Positions 59,201 through 64,000 of a stretch of DNA of 64,000 bases are shown in pieces. The translations under genes and the position numbers were made by a program. The stretch is from Aplysia californica (Eukaryota), in the NCBI RefSeq assembly GCF_000002075.1, contig NW_004797351.1:1263199-1327198 (forward strand), in the 5' to 3' direction. The notes beneath the pieces are model-generated. The model saw only the letters and a program-made list of their open reading frames with translations. It did not search any database and was not told the DNA's origin. Each line of letters starts with the position of its first letter. Position 1 is the first letter of the stretch.

Positions 59201-62200
59201 TTGCGGCTCTCCATCCAGGTCCGCGAGTCACATTTAGGGAAAGTGTTAAATCCTTACTATTTTAAAGAAAGAGTAAAAGTTGTTATGATGATCAAGTTCA
59301 AGGATCAAGAAAACTTAAAGCACCAGCAAAAGTTTGTTATGGAATCATGTTGTTGTGTAATTTTTTATTGAGATTGTGAAGAGTAAATAAAGCCTGAAAA
59401 AAAAAATCATGATGTTTCTAGAGTATTGCTACATGGGTACCTGCTGCAAAGCAAGCAATCATTTTAATGTGTCATTACTGTGTTTATTTGTCAGGTTTGG
59501 GGGATACAAACTACAGTTCTTTCTGCCGTTGTGCCAAAGACCTGGACAATCGTCTTCTGGCGCTGGGTGCAAGACAGTTCTTCGCGACAGGCTTTGCAGA
59601 TGATGGTGTTGGGTGAGATTTGATTTTTTTCCCCATTCTATCATGTGTCAGCTTTGGCTGGATAGTATTTTTTAAAAATCAGCTCATCAGTTGGAAGAAA
59701 TTTCTTCTCACACATTTAAAACCTAGTTAACCAAAGTGAATTGTGTGAATTAGTAGCAATACTTAGGACCATGAGTAAAAAAATGGGCAAAGAAAGGTTC
59801 CCATGATTTGGCTATGATACGGCACACTTACACAAATGACAACCATGTATACTGTACTAACGCAATATTGGTAAAATTTACCGATCGCTCTGCCTTTCAT
59901 AGAATTTTTACATCATCCTTTGCAACAACACGCAATGAAGTAGTAGTAAGATTTGCACTGGGACGTGAAAACAACTACCTTGTACTGAATATGTCTAAAG
60001 CTTAAAAATTTCTAAATTTCAGACTTTAAAAATGTGTTAAGAATTGACGAAGAGCAGTTTGTATTTGTGGGAATGTATGAGTATCTTAGATTCTATGTGG
60101 ATGATTAATTAAATTTGCATCATGTGCCGAACGTTTGTAAAAAAAACGAAACCCTTTTATATTCAAATTTTCTTCGTTTGAAATTCATAGTACCATTAAA
60201 ATTTTTTTTTACGTCTCCGTAGTATAAAATGTAATTTCTTTGGGCATCACTTGTTAGTGTGCTACAGTAACAACCGTGGACAAAAAGAAAATAAACATCA
60301 TTAGGAAAGCAGGAAAAATAGTAAATTGTAAACTTTTGATTTTGATGCCATTTATTCTGATGCATGTTTTCATAGAATTTATAAGTCAATGGTGAATGAT
60401 AGTGAACACCCCTTCGGGATGCATATATATATATATGCATAATATGCAAGACCTGCTGAAAGCAATAAAATCCTCCAACCTGCTTCAAAAACAGAGATAC
60501 AAGAACTCCTTTGTCCCCTTATCTGTCTGAAAAAGAACAATATACTAAGACTGTGATCCTTTTGTGTGTGTTTCTGCTTTTATTTAATGTGTTTACCAGA
60601 TGTGTATGGAAGAGAAGGAGAGAAGACTGAGTGTATATGTTTGTGTATGTGTGTGAGAGAGAGAAAAAGAGAGACCGTTTCTTTACACTTGTATGAGTAG
60701 GTTGTGCATTCATGTACTTTATCATTGTGCATGAATGTGATGGGTGCATTTTGGTGTTGATGATCTGGAATGTCCAGCCCAAATTTCCCAATGGATCAAT
60801 TATTTTATCTTATATGACCTGCCTTTTCCAAATTTTAACTGTGGAATGGAGTATTTTTAAGTTACTGTCAGAACAAATGTAAATATCTCTTTTGTCAATA
60901 ATTTATTCTAATGTAAGCCTGATATTGCTGTTTTCCAGTTTTAAAAAATGTTACCCTTTGGGGTTACTTTATTTGACAAATTTAGAAGATTGTGTTTTTA
61001 AAAATGTTTTTATATAAAATACTGTGTTTTGACAGGCTTGAGATTGTTGCTGAGCCTTGGCTTGAGGGTATTTACCCTGCATTACAAAAGTTTCTGGGAG
61101 TGACTGAGGGCACTGGTGGCTCCCTCACAGAGAAGGTGGAGGCACCCGCACAATCCTCACCAGCAAGTGTGGACATATCGGAGGCGCGGGATTCAACAAA
61201 ACAAGACAATGTGGAGGTGGTGTTAACGAACTCGGGTGTGAGAGAATCTCAAATAGAATCTCAGAGTGATACAATTGAAGCTTTTAAATCTGTGACTTGT
61301 GATGAAATTTCTGTTAAGGAAACAAGGGCTTCGGAGGGTAATGGTGATGGCTCAGTGCAAGTAAAAAATTCTCAAGACTGCTCAGTCAATGGTTGTGATG
61401 CTGAACTTACGGTTGAGGTTCAGTCTAAAATCTTGGGCCAGAAAACTTTTTTTGACAGCCAGCGAAAGTGTGAGACACCATGCCAGCTTGTTGATTTCGC
61501 TGCAGCTAGTGATGCCCCCTGTGCCTTGGTCAGCTCTGACTCAGAGCTAGCGGAAAAATCCCTGACGGTACCAGTTTTACCACCCGCGTATCTTGAAGCA
61601 TCGTTCTCTGGAGATCCTGTGAATGTGAGTTTTATGATTTTTTTTCCCTGTTTTTTTTCTTAGTTGTTTAAGTTGCTTTTTTGTAGATGCTTTGCTGTCT
61701 GCAAGAGATATTTCTTCTGTATTTGGTTTGGAAATTGTCTTCAGAGAGAAATTGTAGTAATATAATCCTGTGGGTCTGACACGCATGATTGAATAGTCAC
61801 TTATGAGGTTCAGAATGTTAAGTAGTTTGTCATAGTTTTTCAAACAGAAAGAAACCACAAATTTAAGTACAGTCGAACCTGTGTATTTATAAGCTCAGAG
61901 CGGATATTTGTAAGGGACAGAGTACAGAGCACTAAATAAATGCAGCAATCCAATCTGTTTTTATTTTTATTATTATTATTATCATTATTGTTCATTATTA
62001 TCATTACTGTTATTGCTACTTTCTACCAGCTCCGTGAGCTGAGTTTCCAGAATGACTACAAGCTGCCCAGTGCAGTCTCTCCCGTGATCAAAGTGCAGGT
62101 CTCAGCTGCCCGAGTACTCACCCACCCTCAGGCAGTGAAGAAAACACTTCTGCTCTCTCTCAATCTTCAGGTAGGAAACATTCTCCCCAGTTTTTAAAAA

Positions 62201-62715
62201 AATCCCTTTGAGCCCTGGATCCTTAAGACTGCAGGACTAGAGGTCCTGTGTGTTGGCTGCTTGATACACACTGCCACATCTTGAGGCATGGGTTTTGTAC
62301 GTAGAGGGAGGGGCAAAGATTGTCATGTTACAGGTTCTTGCACGCGTTCAATAGATTAAAGACATTTTTATCTAAACTTCTTCTATAAATTCAATGCCTG
62401 TTTATGCCCTTGAGAGTTTTGACCTGTTTTTTGGGGGTTTTTTTTTAAAACCTTATCAATCAAGTTTAGATAGTTATAATCTTGAAGAATTAAACATCAT
62501 TTCCATCAAACTAAACGCCCAGACTGCAGGTGTTAACAGGTTAAAAATAAAAGTGGGTAGAAGTTGTACAGTGATAGCTTTCCTTGGATTGCAGAGGGGA
62601 CAACGGTGCCATCTTGTATCTTTCTTCAGGGCGCGGGTGTGAACTATCGTCCTGGTGACTCCATCTCAGTAATCTGCCCCAACAATTGCAGCGAGGTGGA
62701 CATGCTCTTAGAAAG
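56298..62715 (+). CDS. MTRR: Methionine synthase reductase (diflavin reductase), 5' portion; the gene continues beyond the window
   Basis: Exons: 56298 (or ATG 56313)-56468, 57828-57978, 59495-59612, 61036-61624, 62030-62170, 62630-62715; all junctions are phase-consistent GT-AG. The flavodoxin/FMN domain reads RFLVLYGSATGQAQAMAEEICE...STTGDGDPP...YALLGLGDTNY...LGARQFFATGFADDGVGLEIVAEPW, followed by a long hinge and the start of the FAD-binding region (AVKKTLLLSL...YRPGDSISVICPN). These motifs resemble MTRR rather than POR or NDOR1. Confidence 0.92.
56845..57340 (-). mobile_element. Second copy of the same tRNA-derived SINE, reverse orientation, in MTRR intron 1
   Basis: It is the reverse complement of 53993-54461 over most of its length (e.g. 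GGTAGGAAATTTTGAATTTTG, AAGATCAGGGGTGTGGCTGAAAGACAG). Confidence 0.8.
57553..58978. repeat. Perfect 74-bp inverted repeat pair (57553-57626 and 58905-58978)
   Basis: CCTTTGAAAACATGAGG...CAAAATGTAATTTT is the exact reverse complement of AAAATTACATTTTG...CCTCATGTTTTCAAAGG. Confidence 0.9.
58003..58220 (+). mobile_element. tRNA-derived CORE-like SINE (MTRR intron 2); reverse-strand relatives at ~21670-21815 and ~50290-50500
   Basis: It has an A/B-box-like head, GTTGTGTCCTTGGGAAAGGCACTT, and a tail ...CCCCTTAAATAACC...GGGACGTTAAAC. Confidence 0.65.
58425..59126. mobile_element. Kolobok-like non-autonomous DNA transposon, 702 bp, TTAA TSD (MTRR intron 2)
   Basis: TTAA|CGGGAGGAGCTACCCTTGA ... TCAAGGGTCGCTCCTCCCC|TTAA, a 19-bp TIR with 2 mismatches. 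Confidence 0.8.
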
Positions 62716-64000
62716 GTCAGTAACGTCCAGTGGCTAAACGGTTACTGAGCTTGGACATAGATTTTTGGGGTTCTGGTCCAGTTCTTGACGTATTTAACTT
62801 GTAGCTGGATTTGGCTGTTCGGGTGATGTACAAAATATCTTCATATAAGCATAGCCGTCTCTCAAAAAGTTACATTATATATTAAATTAAAGGAAATTGA
62901 ATGAGAAATACATTCAATTAACATATGCCTGCATTACAAGGGTTAAAATGGGTTATGCTGATGAGAAGAATAAATTTTTACGGAAAAAATTACACTCACC
63001 AAACATGTGAAAGTAAATCAGCATAGCTATCTAATCATATGCACACCAAAAACATCAACATTCACAAATTTGTGAATGCACCGCTTTTTATTTGAAAGCT
63101 TTATATTCCAATTTTTGTTACAGTTATGATATTTCTGCTGAGTCTGGTTGCATTGTTCTGTTCATGCGAAACCGCAAGAATGAATTCTCCCGTTTAACAC
63201 CAAAATGATACTTTGACAAAGCGAAACGAAACTTTTTTTTTTCTAGATCCTTTTCAAGTTTTCAATAAGAATAGAAAGTACTTATAAATGACGGACCATG
63301 TTAAGACACAACAAAACTGAGGCTGCCCATCATAGCTGATATATCAGGCGATACGTCCGCAAGGGGTGTGGACTCCCACCGATATATAACATAGGTGATA
63401 CGTCTGGAAAGAGTCAATATTGCCAAGCATATACTGTCGAACCTGTGTGTAAGACAGCCACCCATTGTTGAGGAGAAAAATGGCAGTGTAAGACAGGTGG
63501 CTGTCATAAGCAGGACTGATCGAAATGAAGAAACCAAACTATTCCCAGCTCTGGACTGCTGTAAGGCTAATTATATTATGAGTTTTTGTTTTGTTTTGTA
63601 AAAGGAGGGGGTACAAAGGTTATTTTTGTGGTTTTTGTCTTTTTTTTTTTATTAGCTTTTTGTTTTGTTGCTGATTTTGTGCAAGGGTAAAATAAAAAGA
63701 AATGTGTCAGATGAGGAAGACAGAGTGCTATGGTAAAACAAACAAATGAGTTGCCACCACTCAGAGAAGGAAGGAGCAACGCTTCTGTCACACGTTCTGT
63801 TGATGTCCATTGTTACGGACTGGGTAAACAGTGACCGCTTATCTCACTTACGATGTGTGTACGAGTTGTGGTGAGGGCTTACGGTTATGATGGATCACTC
63901 GCTTCCCTCATCGGTAGCTGAGCAACTGAAATTTATTGTTGCTGGGTGGTCAACTTGGGTCAACAGTGGGAGTGGGAGGGACCTACGCAAAATGTTTGGT

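Noticed and set aside
63124-63210. Possible next MTRR exon after ttttgttacag
   Set aside because: The translation does not resemble the expected MTRR continuation, and no convincing donor occurs before the stop.

Overview
This is AT-rich, intron-rich animal genomic DNA with many N gaps; a mollusc, probably a gastropod, is inferred from its repeat types. It is not prokaryotic, and I found no CRISPR array, rRNA or true tRNA. I reconstructed three spliced conserved genes by hand with phase-consistent GT-AG junctions. They are a glucose-6-phosphatase (G6PC family, minus strand, 7 coding exons, 2623-14568), SPAG16/PF20 (plus strand, 16 coding exons, 15154-31164) and the 5' part of methionine synthase reductase MTRR (plus strand, from 56298, running off the window). 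G6PC and SPAG16 are head-to-head across a ~585-bp interval that contains an RFX X-box. A long single-exon ORF (37746-39977) encodes a predicted secreted, possibly GPI-anchored somatomedin-B-domain protein with a 14-aa tandem-repeat region ending in a furin site. The rest is transposon-derived: two decayed RTE LINEs, a near full-length Tx1/L1-clade LINE with a 16-bp TSD, tRNA-derived SINEs and many non-autonomous TIR elements (TA, TTAA and 8-bp TSD types), several of them nested. The most notable unexplained structures are a 63-nt paralogous alternative exon for the start of the SPAG16 WD40 region, a perfect 74-bp inverted repeat bracketing MTRR exon 2, a candidate poison exon in G6PC, a minisatellite born from a splice donor, and a degenerate Penelope-type hammerhead ribozyme.
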